From assembly GCA_002067815.1 (NCBI GenBank), contig MVQR01000001.1, positions 1-41,291 of the forward strand: 41,291 bases of DNA. The letters run 5' to 3'. The notes beneath the pieces are model-generated. The model was given only the letters and a program-made list of their open reading frames with translations, was not told the DNA's origin and did no database searches. Below are positions 8,319-17,871 of this stretch, one piece after another. The translations under genes and the position numbers were made by a program. Positions within the stretch are counted from its first letter, which is position 1. The number at the start of each line of letters is the position of its first letter. The DNA is from Syntrophus sp. PtaB.Bin001. Lineage in GTDB: Bacteria > Desulfobacterota > Syntrophia > Syntrophales > Syntrophaceae.

Positions 8319-9585
8319 TGAGCACCTCCAAAGCGACACCTCCCGGAACGAAGAGCGGATGTCGAATACGGTTGCGGGCGACGATCTCATCAGCCCTTGT
8401 CGCATCGCCATAGAGCCGATGGGCGATAATCAGGGCCGGTTCCGTTCTGGAAGGCGTATAATTGATGATTCGGGAGAGATCAGCTCCTCTCGTCCGGATG
8501 TCATTGACGACCGCGGCTCTCAGATCGGCCAGTACGGCATAAACACTGTCCGATGCCTCCAGCAGTTCGTTGTCGATCGCCTCGGTTAGACGTTTCTGAA
8601 CAGAAATTGCCTCGTCATAGGATGCAAATTCAATCGTGGAAGATGTCCTGGCCGCTTCGGCAATGGCCGTGCGCCTCACCAGGGCGTTGATAGCGTCCCG
8701 GTTTTCGGCCTGCTGGATACGGGAGGGTGTCGTTTTCGGGACGGATTCCGAGCCGGAGTCCGTCCCGAAATCAAAGCGGTCGGCATAGGCATCGAACAAG
8801 GTTTGCGGGAGATTTACCACCGAATCATATCGGCTTGATATTCCTTCGGCCTGAAGATCCGCATAGTCATAGAGATCAAGTGGTGCTAAAGCCACGTCAC
8901 GGAGTTTGTTGAATTGGCTGGCAATGGCCTGGGCCAGGCTTCCCGGTTTGCCGATCAATGTCGATATTGAATTTTTGAGCGTGCCGAGATCCTTCAAAAA
9001 AGCCGGTGTTTCCACGTTCGTCGGAAACGATGACGCCAGGCGGTTGATGTCTTCGCAGAGACTCCCGATCATGCCGATACCGTCATCGATGGCGTATTGG
9101 GGCAGTTCGTCAATGGAACATACGTTTCCAAAATCCTCCACCACTGCCGCAATTACTTTATCCGCCTGCGCATCAACGACAGCCACCGTGTCCACAGCGG
9201 CAGACGGGTATAGTTTCTTTTCCTCCGCCAGAACGAAGGGTATGGAGAAGCGGCACATGCCGCCTTCCGAAGTGGATTCCGTAATCCTCACATCTCCGTT
9301 CAAGCATACCAGCATCATCCCCATCGTGGGATGGATCAGCGTGCCCGGTCCCTCTTTTTCCAGCGCCTCGATCAAAGCGTCTCGCTTGTCGGTGTAGTTC
9401 TCGCCAATGACGAAACACTCCAGGGTAAATTCCCTGGGGCGCTTCCCCAAATCCTCGACATAGGTTTCATCCCGCAGGGGATAGTCGTGACGGGCGGTTT
9501 TACGGCCCACGGAAGAGGAGGACTGCATCCAGCAGAATTCCGCACCGCGGAAAGATCCTTTCTGCCATATGTCCCGCCAGCTCAT
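8311..9585 (-). CDS. DNA circularisation protein N (Mu gp43)
   Basis: SFRG..F, H.YP.RD..YVEDLG, GTLIHP and C-terminal LYGDA.RA.EI..RN..HP.FVP motifs. Confidence 0.92.
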   Translation of the reverse strand: MSWRDIWQKGSFRGAEFCWMQSSSSVGRKTARHDYPLRDETYVEDLGKRPREFTLECFVIGENYTDKRDALIEALEKEGPGTLIHPTMGMMLVCLNGDVRITESTSEGGMCRFSIPFVLAEEKKLYPSAAVDTVAVVDAQADKVIAAVVEDFGNVCSIDELPQYAIDDGIGMIGSLCEDINRLASSFPTNVETPAFLKDLGTLKNSISTLIGKPGSLAQAIASQFNKLRDVALAPLDLYDYADLQAEGISSRYDSVVNLPQTLFDAYADRFDFGTDSGSESVPKTTPSRIQQAENRDAINALVRRTAIAEAARTSSTIEFASYDEAISVQKRLTEAIDNELLEASDSVYAVLADLRAAVVNDIRTRGADLSRIINYTPSRTEPALIIAHRLYGDATRADEIVARNRIRHPLFVPGGVALEVLSD

Positions 9586-9586
9586 A

Positions 9587-11323
9587 TCAATAGCCTCCCG
9601 CCATCATCAGCCCGGTTGAGACGTCAAACTTGACGGATGGATTGTTGCTGTGCAGTTGGCTGACCTTGGCCTGTCCGTTCTGCTGGATCTCGATCTTGAT
9701 CTTGCCGCCCACTTCCGCTTTTTTCGGGGATTCCGACTTCTGTCTGTGCAAAAGATCGTAGATCAATGCGCCGAGCGAATCGGCCTTGCCGCCTGTGGCC
9801 CATTTGGTTGCCGAATTGATTCCCGAGTTTAAAACAGTTCCGACAGCGTATCCGGCAGCGCCAGCGGCAACGATCCTCCCGGCTGCAGCCAGGGGAAGGG
9901 ATTTCAAGACCCTCCCGAATCTGCCGGTCTTTCCGGCCGTGCCACCCGGAGCGGACGGCAAGCCAGGAATCGATCCAGGCATATTGACGACATAAACCGG
10001 AACTGTGTTCCCGCTGCCGGATAACCCTCCCGGCAATCCGGACTTGCCTTTCCCCTTGAAAAGGTCCCGGCCCCAGGAAAATATATCCCAGCCCTTTTTG
10101 GCCAGGACTGCGCCGCCCAATGCGCCTGCCCCGTAGGCCATTACCTTCAGCCAGAGATCTACAGCCTTGGGGTCGAGGCTGTTTAGATAATTGGCCATTT
10201 TCTGAATCGGGGCGGCAAAATTGCTTGAGGCAAAGCGCTTCCAGCTGGTGTAAAGATTCTGGGTTGCCGCATTGAACTCCTGGGCGGCACGGGCGGCATC
10301 CCTCGACAGTTCGGCCCCATCACCGGAAACGGCCATGAACTCGCTGGCTGCATTCTTCCCAGACTTCTGCCATTCGGCGATAAACGCCTTCAGACCATCC
10401 AGGGACTGCATCCCGAAGACACGGGCGAGCTTTTCAGGATCGCCTTTAAGCTTTTTGAACAGTTCATCGATGATATCGACGGCGGAGCGGATCTGTTTCT
10501 TCCCTTCTTTGAGCTTCGCCGGGTCCCAGATGTTGACGCCCAGCTTATGTAGGATTTTCTGTTTTGAAGGTTCCATCAGGTCACTGAAAAAGTTCTTGAA
10601 AGCCGTGGAAGCCTCTTCGGCGCTGCCGGAAGATCGCCTAAACACCTGCAGGACCGCTCCCATTTCCCGGACGGCATCGATGCCGCTTCGGCCCATCGCC
10701 CCGTAAGCCGCCGTCACGCGATTGCCTTGTGTTGCCAGGTCTTTCAAGGTAAACGATCCGGCTTTTCCCTGCTTGACAAGGATGTCCAGGCCCTGGAGCA
10801 TTTCTTGAGGAGACCGGAGGTTGAACTTTTCCCGAAAGTTGGCGATCATGTCCCCGGCTTCCTCACCATTGGCTCCCGTGGCCTGCATCATCAGCCCGAT
10901 GTTTCGCAGGTTGTCTTTGGCAAGATCGAGATCTCCGAGCTTTTCCACGATAACTTCCACTCCGGAGAGCATCTCCCCCGGATCGACACGGATGTCCGGC
11001 ATCTGGGCGGTATCCAATAGCTTCTTGTAAAGAAGACCGGTCTGTTCTCTTGTGATGTTGGCGGTGATCCCCAGGCGTGTCAGTCGCATGGAAAGGTCCC
11101 CCACCTGCTTGATCGTCCCGACCCCGGCTGCTCCGGACAAAAGGGCCGTGTAACGGTTTCCCAGCCGGTCCAGGCCCTGCCCGGCAGCTTGTATGCTGCG
11201 GTGCAGGACATTCATTGATCGTGAGCCTCCGGTTCCCAGGCGCTGCAATCCGCCCAGGAACTGGTTGGCCCTGGCGCTCATGTTTCCGGCCAGGTCGATG
11301 AAGATCGAGGTTCTAAGGGACAT
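9587..11323 (-). CDS. Tape measure protein
   Basis: 578 aa, Ala/Gly-rich and helical; GKAGSFTLKDLA and PVYVVN motifs; follows the tail chaperones. Confidence 0.88.
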   Translation of the reverse strand: MSLRTSIFIDLAGNMSARANQFLGGLQRLGTGGSRSMNVLHRSIQAAGQGLDRLGNRYTALLSGAAGVGTIKQVGDLSMRLTRLGITANITREQTGLLYKKLLDTAQMPDIRVDPGEMLSGVEVIVEKLGDLDLAKDNLRNIGLMMQATGANGEEAGDMIANFREKFNLRSPQEMLQGLDILVKQGKAGSFTLKDLATQGNRVTAAYGAMGRSGIDAVREMGAVLQVFRRSSGSAEEASTAFKNFFSDLMEPSKQKILHKLGVNIWDPAKLKEGKKQIRSAVDIIDELFKKLKGDPEKLARVFGMQSLDGLKAFIAEWQKSGKNAASEFMAVSGDGAELSRDAARAAQEFNAATQNLYTSWKRFASSNFAAPIQKMANYLNSLDPKAVDLWLKVMAYGAGALGGAVLAKKGWDIFSWGRDLFKGKGKSGLPGGLSGSGNTVPVYVVNMPGSIPGLPSAPGGTAGKTGRFGRVLKSLPLAAAGRIVAAGAAGYAVGTVLNSGINSATKWATGGKADSLGALIYDLLHRQKSESPKKAEVGGKIKIEIQQNGQAKVSQLHSNNPSVKFDVSTGLMMAGGY

Positions 11324-11444
11324 TCGTCAACTCCAGGTATTCGTAAAGGCTGTGCAGGGACAAGGATTTGATATCCTTCTCCGACCAGTGGGTCCTTACG
11401 GCCAGTTCGGCGGCACAGGCAACAAGGCGTCGCCTGTGCCGCAT
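11313..11444 (-). CDS. Small tail-assembly-chaperone extension ORF (43 aa; not in ORF track)
   Basis: MRHRRRLVACAAELAVRTHWSEKDIKSLSLHSLYEYLELTNVP; HW/LSL pattern typical of gpE'/gpT-like extensions; TAATG overlap with the chaperone gene. Confidence 0.65.
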   Translation of the reverse strand: MRHRRRLVACAAELAVRTHWSEKDIKSLSLHSLYEYLELTNVP

Positions 11445-11791
11445 TATCCTTCCCCCCGGTCGGCCACCTCGGCAAGGCTGGCATTCTCCAGTTTTTCCGC
11501 CGTCTCCTGAAGGAGACGAATGTCCCTGCCGGAGAGCATTTTCAATTCGGCAAGGGTCAACGGGCCTTCATGTTCGCCGATCCGGACGATCTGCCTGCGC
11601 AGGGTGTTGAGTCCCACAAGCGTGGGGCTCGCAACCAGGATGTAGCCGCCTTCCGGGGTCTGGCACAGCCGTTCCGACTCTTCCGTCGCATCGATGAAAT
11701 CGCCCCCGGTTGCCTCCCGGATCTCGGCTTCCCGATGGACAACTTCACCCACTTTCAAACCCTTTTTGAGCATTACGGTCTGGGTGATCAT
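11444..11791 (-). CDS. Tail assembly chaperone (Mu gp41-like)
   Basis: Between tail tube and tape measure; REAT.GD and LS..D..LL pattern. Confidence 0.8.
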   Translation of the reverse strand: MITQTVMLKKGLKVGEVVHREAEIREATGGDFIDATEESERLCQTPEGGYILVASPTLVGLNTLRRQIVRIGEHEGPLTLAELKMLSGRDIRLLQETAEKLENASLAEVADRGEG

Positions 11792-12150
11792 GCGGTCACC
11801 TCGTCACACTTCATCCCGTAGAACTTGACGGGAACCTTACCGCCTTCCCCGGCTGTAATCTCCGGAGGCACGGAAGACCAGGCGTTAGTCAAGGTATAGA
11901 CATGGCCAGTGTCCGCCTCGAAGGTCACCGTGGCATCGGTAATGTCAGCAATCTCCTGGAGGGACTGGCCCTTTGCCAGGCTGATGTTGCATTCAATGGA
12001 GGGGGCCTTCGTCTCCTCGGCATAGCCGTGAACAGTATCACCTTCGATGACCTTGCGTTCCACTCCCCCCATGTTCAGTTTCGCCCCTTTGTCGGTAAGG
12101 AGCGCGTTGCCGTTGTATTTAATGGTGGCCCTGCCAACAAGTTGTGGCAT
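11788..12150 (-). CDS. Tail tube protein (Mu gpM-like)
   Basis: 120 aa directly after the sheath; GG.ER, GY.E and TVTFE.DTG motifs. Confidence 0.9.
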   Translation of the reverse strand: MPQLVGRATIKYNGNALLTDKGAKLNMGGVERKVIEGDTVHGYAEETKAPSIECNISLAKGQSLQEIADITDATVTFEADTGHVYTLTNAWSSVPPEITAGEGGKVPVKFYGMKCDEVTA

Positions 12151-12165
12151 AGTCTTTCTCCTTTC

Positions 12166-13632
12166 TTACATCCTGAATTGCAGCGAAGCCGCGAAAACGC
12201 GGAACTGGTTGATCACGTCAGGCGGGATGACGGCATCGACCCGGTTGGGATCGCTTGTGTTTCTCTCCACCAGGAGATCCTTTTTGAACTGGGTGAGTCC
12301 CTCAACAAGCCCCGCCTCCATCCACTGGATGAACAGGGCGATCAGCTCCGACCTGATGACCTTCGGCGTCACAATCGCCTGGCCAGGGGCGATCTCCGTC
12401 CCGTCACTGGCCAACTTGTGACGCGGATACCGCAGGGCAATGCGCACCCGTGTGCTGTAGCGCAGATAAGCTATGGTCCTCAGTGTTTCCACATCGAGAT
12501 AACTGATATCGTCAACGCCCAGGGCATTGGTCTTATAAGTTGTGATGAGCCGTTCGATCCGGCACAGCCCGCCGTCATCCACAGTAAAGGTCGAGATGCC
12601 GTCATACAGGTGGATGTTCCGCTCGCTCAAGGTGTAACGGTCCTCAGGCCACGGGGCCAGAACTCCCGTCAGGGTCAGGGTTTGCCTGGGCCTTGCCGGG
12701 TCGGACTCGTAGGCATCGATTGCACCGACGATCGCTGCGATCTCCCACGGTGTTGTGGGCGATGCCTGCGCTCCCATGACGCACAGAAGTTCGTCATTCA
12801 GGGAATTACCAAGAGTGGAGAGCGCCGCATGAGTTCCCGAGGCGGCGCTGAAGGCCATGCCCTCCTTTTTCACGAGAGGCCCCCACCGGCGCTGCATCTC
12901 CGTATAGAGCGCCGCCAGGTTCGCCGCGTCCGTCCAAGGGATGATTATCGTGTGGTACTGTTCGTCCCCGATGGCGGCGATTGCGTCGGCGATATCGGGA
13001 TTGGCCGTTCCGCCGGTCATGACGGTGATCGTTACGGTCATGCCGGTCGGCAGCTTCTCGCTCTGGTAATAGTTTGTCCGGATATCGATGTAGTTTCCCG
13101 ACTCACCTTTCCAGCGGCAGGTCAGGTTGACCTTGCTTTGATTGGTGCCGTCAACGGCGGCCGTGACCGGCAGCTCAGTCTTTTCGTTGATCGCTGCCGT
13201 AAGCGCGGTCGCGATGGCCGTTGTGGCTTCGCCAGCCGTTACGGCAACCTTGACCCTTTTTCCTCCGATGTAGAGGTAGAGCGTACCGGCTGCAGTGATT
13301 GTTCCACCGATCAAAATGGACCCGGCCGCCTGCATCCCCGCCGCATCATCGTCTACCGCCACGGCCCAACATTCGGTATAGCCATTGGCGTCCTTCAGGG
13401 CGTTGATCATGGAGGATAGTTGGGAGCCCCGTCCGAAATAGGCTTCTCCCTGCTTTTTGTTCGTGATCCGTGTGGGAGTGAGGGCGGCAACCGTCCCGGC
13501 GCTCAGGCGCTGGCCCATGACCAGGATCAAGTGGTGTTCGGTAGGCAATCCTCCCACGGCTAGGGAGTTGTCGGTTTCGATGTAGACGCCCGGCACCCGG
13601 ATATCGATCGGGATCTGATTGAATGAAATCAT
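12166..13632 (-). CDS. Tail sheath protein (Mu gpL-like)
   Basis: ISFNQIP..IRVPG.Y.E, FG.GS.L, DPARP.QTL and RLITTY motifs. Confidence 0.95.
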   Translation of the reverse strand: MISFNQIPIDIRVPGVYIETDNSLAVGGLPTEHHLILVMGQRLSAGTVAALTPTRITNKKQGEAYFGRGSQLSSMINALKDANGYTECWAVAVDDDAAGMQAAGSILIGGTITAAGTLYLYIGGKRVKVAVTAGEATTAIATALTAAINEKTELPVTAAVDGTNQSKVNLTCRWKGESGNYIDIRTNYYQSEKLPTGMTVTITVMTGGTANPDIADAIAAIGDEQYHTIIIPWTDAANLAALYTEMQRRWGPLVKKEGMAFSAASGTHAALSTLGNSLNDELLCVMGAQASPTTPWEIAAIVGAIDAYESDPARPRQTLTLTGVLAPWPEDRYTLSERNIHLYDGISTFTVDDGGLCRIERLITTYKTNALGVDDISYLDVETLRTIAYLRYSTRVRIALRYPRHKLASDGTEIAPGQAIVTPKVIRSELIALFIQWMEAGLVEGLTQFKKDLLVERNTSDPNRVDAVIPPDVINQFRVFAASLQFRM

Positions 13633-13640
13633 GATTCAAA

Positions 13641-13829
13641 TTATCCTTTCTCAGCGGCGGAACTATCTTTGGAAGGCGTCGCCGCGATGACGTCTCCGGT
13701 TTTCAGCCTGCGAATCCAGTAGGTGCTTCGAGGCTTGTATTCTCCCTCGGCAGCTAAAGCCTTCCCCGTATCCGGATCTCGAACAAGCAACCCGTCTTTC
13801 GCCGGTTTTAAAAACATTTGATCTGGCAT
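13641..13829 (-). CDS. Mu gp38-like (DUF2635) protein
   Basis: KPA..GL.VRDP and YW.RRL..GDV signature. Confidence 0.88.
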   Translation of the reverse strand: MPDQMFLKPAKDGLLVRDPDTGKALAAEGEYKPRSTYWIRRLKTGDVIAATPSKDSSAAEKG

Positions 13830-13852
13830 GATGCCCTCCTAAGAATTTTCAA

Positions 13853-14416
13853 TTAGCTGCCTGACGGTCCCGGCAGGCTTACATCGTCCGTCGCTTCGTA
13901 TTTGCCATCGGGATCGGCCAGGTCCCAGTCACCGTGGAACTTCAGGAAATCATCAATAGTTGACGGATCAGTCAGTTCAAGCGTTATAAGCTGCTCCCAG
14001 GTGATTGCCCAGATGACCAAGCCTTTTTCGTCAGTCTTGCCGGAGTAGAGGTTGGCCGCCTCGATCTTCTCCGGAGCGGAGATATCCAGGCCCCAGAGGT
14101 TTCCGGGAATCTTCATTAACAGGATTGTCAGGATGGCCAGGGCGGCTGAATCCCGGTTCATCTTCGACCTGTCCGCCGTGGCGATAAAGGCCCCCCAGAC
14201 GCACCGGCAATCCACCTGTCCGGCCTGCAGTTCCGCCTCCTTGACAGCCAGGCAGGAAACAAGGACGGACATGGGTTTTGCCGCCACGATCTTTAAGTCG
14301 TCCAGGGTAAATCTTCCGCGATGGGTCCGGACATCAACATTCAGGGTTTTCAGTCCCGAGTCCGCCTTCAGTGTGTCCACTACTGCCGTGCGTACATCGT
14401 TTAAAGTCATGGTCAA
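13853..14416 (-). CDS. Mu gp37-like tail terminator/completion protein
   Basis: Position before gp38 and the sheath; H.GRF and NLYS....GL..WA.TW.Q motifs. Confidence 0.7.
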   Translation of the reverse strand: MTMTLNDVRTAVVDTLKADSGLKTLNVDVRTHRGRFTLDDLKIVAAKPMSVLVSCLAVKEAELQAGQVDCRCVWGAFIATADRSKMNRDSAALAILTILLMKIPGNLWGLDISAPEKIEAANLYSGKTDEKGLVIWAITWEQLITLELTDPSTIDDFLKFHGDWDLADPDGKYEATDDVSLPGPSGS

Positions 14417-14856
14417 TGTCCCATTACCCGATCCAGGAAGATGTCGATGTCGCGGATCAGTTCCGTTTCATCGTCATCCGAAATGCCCAGGAAAGCCCTT
14501 GCCGGGATGTTTCTGTCCTCGTCTCCGAACTGATGGGTGGCGGCGTAGATCATGTTGGAACCGACTTCAATACTGTCGTGGTCCACGGAAAGATGCGTAA
14601 TCGAACCCAGCAGATGATCCTCGCTCATAAGGAGCGTCCTTCCCGAGGGCCGCCGCTTAGCGTATTTTGCAGACCAGGCGGGCCAGGATGAACCTTCCGG
14701 GTTTTCCTTTTCATCACTGATCCTGCGGCGGGTCTGGCTTTCCACCTTCGCCCCGACGATGTCCAGAAGCTCCGGCTTGTTCAGCCTGGCCAGGCGATTG
14801 ATGCGGGCCTGGAGTTCCTGAAGATTGCCGAAGTTGTAAACCAGTCCTGTGCTCAT
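14413..14856 (-). CDS. Virion morphogenesis protein (Mu gpG-like)
   Basis: P.G..W..W, VGSN..YAA.HQFG and IPAR.FLG signature. Confidence 0.9.
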   Translation of the reverse strand: MSTGLVYNFGNLQELQARINRLARLNKPELLDIVGAKVESQTRRRISDEKENPEGSSWPAWSAKYAKRRPSGRTLLMSEDHLLGSITHLSVDHDSIEVGSNMIYAATHQFGDEDRNIPARAFLGISDDDETELIRDIDIFLDRVMGH

Positions 14857-14867
14857 TTAATCCCCGT

Positions 14868-15272
14868 TTAACAGCGCTTGAAGAGCCGCCTGTTTGCCTG
14901 GAAGAAAGAACCTCCCGCGTTACCCGATCCCTCCGGGTCGCTTGCCCCCAGGGAGACTTTGCCTGTACTGATGAGCGTCAGCAGTTTGATCGCATCTTCG
15001 TAGCGCTTTCGCTTTTCCTCGGTAATCGCCGGAGGCGTGGACATGTGATACAGCGCCATGTCCACACAGAGGCGCTTCAAGACCGGAGGAACCGTAACTA
15101 GGGGCAGCGGATACTTCTCCCCGATGTAAACGTCGATCTCCTCCGAGGCATCCAGGAGGCCCCGCTCGACAACCGGTGCGTCCGCCGACCCGTCCTCGTC
15201 GTGATCGGCGGCAACGATCAGTTCGTCTTCTCCATAACGGTCGATAATGTCCTGCCCGGTTGCGTATGCCAT
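14868..15272 (-). CDS. Head-tail adaptor, Mu gp36 (DUF1320)
   Basis: YAT..D, DAS.EID.Y...Y.LPL, C.D.A.Y and RY..AI..L..I..GK..LG motifs. Confidence 0.92.
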   Translation of the reverse strand: MAYATGQDIIDRYGEDELIVAADHDEDGSADAPVVERGLLDASEEIDVYIGEKYPLPLVTVPPVLKRLCVDMALYHMSTPPAITEEKRKRYEDAIKLLTLISTGKVSLGASDPEGSGNAGGSFFQANRRLFKRC

Positions 15273-15502
15273 TATTTACTGTCCTGGTCCTGATCCCCGG
15301 ATTCTTCCTGTTTGGCAGCCCCCTTCTTAGTTTCCTTTTTCGCCGGTTCATCGGCGATCTCCTCAACGATCAACGTGGGCTCGCCCTTCAAGATCTCCAG
15401 TTCCTTTTTGGAGAATTTGTCCGAGGGATATTCCGTGGCGGTGGCGGGATGAGCCATTCCGCAGCGCCTGAAGCCTTCCTGCTTTGAAGTGATTCGTATC
15501 AT
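15272..15502 (-). CDS. Mu gp35 / HI1506-related protein
   Basis: GFRRCG.AH and L..EP.L.V signature, directly after the major head gene. Confidence 0.85.
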   Translation of the reverse strand: MIRITSKQEGFRRCGMAHPATATEYPSDKFSKKELEILKGEPTLIVEEIADEPAKKETKKGAAKQEESGDQDQDSK

Positions 15503-15516
15503 CGCTTCACCTCCGC

Positions 15517-16410
15517 CTAGGTAAGCCAGGGCGTCACAAAGACGTCCGTGGTCCCAAAGTTCGTATTGGATGCGCCGTTGGCCAGCCGTTCCGCCTTGAC
15601 CACTTCCAGGGCCGCCGACCGGTTGCTCGGCCCGCAGACCAACAGTGTCGGCTTGACGCCCAGCGGCTGGCCGTTCTCTTTTTTGAAGGCCATCATGGCG
15701 GCGTAGGCGGCATTGTAATTTTCCGTACTCAGCGCCGCCTTGGAGCCATAGGCCATCTGCCAGAAACCGAATCCGGCATTGCCACGGCCATCCGAACCAT
15801 AGACATATTGGTCCTTCATAAACACGTTCTGATCGTCTTCCTTGGTGAGAGGCACAAAGTTATAGGGTCTGCGTCTCTGGTAGATGAGCGGCTTGAGGGG
15901 TCTCGATGTGTCCAGCAGAAACCAGGGATTGCTTGATCCGGACTGGTAATTGGAAACGCTGGCCGTGGTGCCGTCTTTCTGCTTTACCGGATGATCGGAA
16001 TCGATGAAATACTGGCCGTCGTAACACTTTGTCGCAAAGGCCAGGGCCAATAGGCCAAAGACTAGCTCATCGGGATGAAGGGCGGCGCTGTTGCCCAGCA
16101 TTTCAACCAAAGGAGCGTAAACCCCATATTTGTCGTCCTCGACTTTGTCTTTGGGAACACCGACCGTCAGTTCAAACTTCTTATTCTTGACGCTGTAGTC
16201 GGATGTGGAGATGTTTTTGACCTGCCGATCGCCGATCCATTCCCTAAGTCCGGGAATGTCTCCCAGCCAGCCATAATCCTCTTCGGACGTGGTGGAAGGA
16301 ACCAGGGTGGCTATTTTGCTCCAGGCGGGCTCCACCCCGATAAACCCTTTCTGGAATGCGGCATTGAAAGCCCTGAACAGTATTCCTAGATTGTTTGCGT
16401 TAATAATCAT
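15517..16410 (-). CDS. Major head subunit (Mu gpT-like)
   Basis: YGWLG..P.LREWIGDR, CYDGQYF.D.DHPV, WFLLDTSR..KPLI.Q.R and GFGFWQMAYGS. Confidence 0.96.
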   Translation of the reverse strand: MIINANNLGILFRAFNAAFQKGFIGVEPAWSKIATLVPSTTSEEDYGWLGDIPGLREWIGDRQVKNISTSDYSVKNKKFELTVGVPKDKVEDDKYGVYAPLVEMLGNSAALHPDELVFGLLALAFATKCYDGQYFIDSDHPVKQKDGTTASVSNYQSGSSNPWFLLDTSRPLKPLIYQRRRPYNFVPLTKEDDQNVFMKDQYVYGSDGRGNAGFGFWQMAYGSKAALSTENYNAAYAAMMAFKKENGQPLGVKPTLLVCGPSNRSAALEVVKAERLANGASNTNFGTTDVFVTPWLT

Positions 16411-16428
16411 GCCCGTATTTCTCCTTTC

Positions 16429-16839
16429 CTACCGGAAATCGACCCAGACCCCCAGGGAGTCCACATCGAACACTTTGCCCGCCACGGAGCGGGTGCTTGA
16501 GCCGCTGGTTTTCGCAACGGTTTGATCGTCCACGATGTAACAATTGCTGCCGATGTCGGCCCGAGTGATCTCGTCCGTGCTTGTCGAATTCGCGAAACGG
16601 AAGATCCCTTTCTCAATTTCGACATTGAGATCGCCTGCCGAACCGTTGCTGTTATCGACCGTATCTTTCGCCCTTCCCATTCCCAGGAGCGTCGTCGCCG
16701 TTGCTCCCGGTGTGGCGTTGCCGCTGGCGTCTTTTGCCGTAAGCGAACCCCCGTATATCTTCTTTGCCGCTGCAGCCGGAAGGCTGATGAGATCACCGCC
16801 ACGGGCGGGAGTATCTCTTTCCGCTGTCAATGCCCCCAT
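16429..16839 (-). CDS. Putative capsid decoration/cement protein
   Basis: Between protease and major capsid gene; CYIVDDQTV...RS.AG.V..VD..GVWV. Confidence 0.7.
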   Translation of the reverse strand: MGALTAERDTPARGGDLISLPAAAAKKIYGGSLTAKDASGNATPGATATTLLGMGRAKDTVDNSNGSAGDLNVEIEKGIFRFANSTSTDEITRADIGSNCYIVDDQTVAKTSGSSTRSVAGKVFDVDSLGVWVDFR

Positions 16840-16863
16840 AGTTTCATTCCTCCTTTATCGTTC

Positions 16864-17358
16864 TTAGGGGTTGTACTTCTTGTATTCATCTTCACTGATG
16901 CCCATCTTGGCGATGACATCCTTCTCCTCGGCATTTAGCGCCTTGTCTTTGTTGTTGGGATCTTTGCCGTCCAGGTTCGTATCACCCCCGATGACCGGGG
17001 CGGCGGCAACATATTGTTTGAATCGTTCCAGGCCGCCTTCCTGTTTGCACTGGGCCTTATGGTAATCAACCGTTGCCGGGGTGATCTTGCCCGCCTTCAG
17101 AGCCGCATCGATCTCCGCATTGATGGCAGTTTCCAGATCGACAGCTTTTCGGTCGTTCAAAGCCTGTTCGGCATTGGTTGCCCGTTCAACGGCCTTGTCG
17201 TAATCAGCCCGAGGGACAAACTTGTCGAGAGGGGGATTGTCCGCCCGGTTTAAGGCTGTGGCGTGTTCCTGTTTCATTGTGTTGATACTGTTCAGAGCCT
17301 CGGCGAAGGTTGCCGTGGCCGGAAGTCCCAGGGCCGCAAGCAGTTGTGCCAGTTCCAT
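16864..17358 (-). CDS. Scaffold protein Z (in-frame internal start within the protease gene)
   Basis: AAGGAG SD 9 nt upstream of an in-frame ATG (MELAQLLAALGL), matching the nested I/Z arrangement of Mu. Confidence 0.7.
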   Translation of the reverse strand: MELAQLLAALGLPATATFAEALNSINTMKQEHATALNRADNPPLDKFVPRADYDKAVERATNAEQALNDRKAVDLETAINAEIDAALKAGKITPATVDYHKAQCKQEGGLERFKQYVAAAPVIGGDTNLDGKDPNNKDKALNAEEKDVIAKMGISEDEYKKYNP

Positions 17359-17871
17359 AGGTTCTTTCTCCTTTCTGTCATGGTTAGTCTGTTCGTTATT
17401 GAGTGCCGCCAGATGCAGGTTGGGCTGATTGGTCAAGCCCGCCGACGTGATCCGGACGATCCGGAGCGATTCCTTTTCGTAAACGAATACCGGGCTGATG
17501 TATCGGTATTCGCGGTTTCTGATCTGCTCGACGGCCCTGGCAGTCCATTCCACCCGCACCCAAGGTGCGCCCTCACGCAGTTCCATCTCCTTCATCCATC
17601 CGGCTGCCGGGGCCTGGTCACCATTCGGGGCCTTGAGTTCCGAGGCGTGCTCCCAGTCGATGGGAAGATCCTTGCCTTCGGCGGCAAAGGCGGCGATAAT
17701 GACGTCTGGCCGGTCATTGATCCAGGTCCTGCCGTCACGGCCTTTGACCTCCGTTCCGGCAGGCAGCAACTGAATCCACTCGGGAACCGTCCCGTCCGCC
17801 CGGAGTTCGATGTTCAAGGCAATCCCTCGGGGCATGCCGTCTTCGGAATTAAGTGAGATTACAAATTTCAT
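16864..17871 (-). CDS. Prohead protease I (Mu gpI-like)
   Basis: GRDGR.W, PID.EH, APAAGW, EYRYISPVF and LTN.P.L motifs. Confidence 0.93.
   Translation of the reverse strand: MKFVISLNSEDGMPRGIALNIELRADGTVPEWIQLLPAGTEVKGRDGRTWINDRPDVIIAAFAAEGKDLPIDWEHASELKAPNGDQAPAAGWMKEMELREGAPWVRVEWTARAVEQIRNREYRYISPVFVYEKESLRIVRITSAGLTNQPNLHLAALNNEQTNHDRKEKEPMELAQLLAALGLPATATFAEALNSINTMKQEHATALNRADNPPLDKFVPRADYDKAVERATNAEQALNDRKAVDLETAINAEIDAALKAGKITPATVDYHKAQCKQEGGLERFKQYVAAAPVIGGDTNLDGKDPNNKDKALNAEEKDVIAKMGISEDEYKKYNP

Noticed and set aside
11902-13419. Long + strand ORFs (505 aa here; also 25016-26143, 21344-22132, 4930-5616)
   Set aside because: Antisense shadows of well-supported GC-rich phage genes; no motifs.
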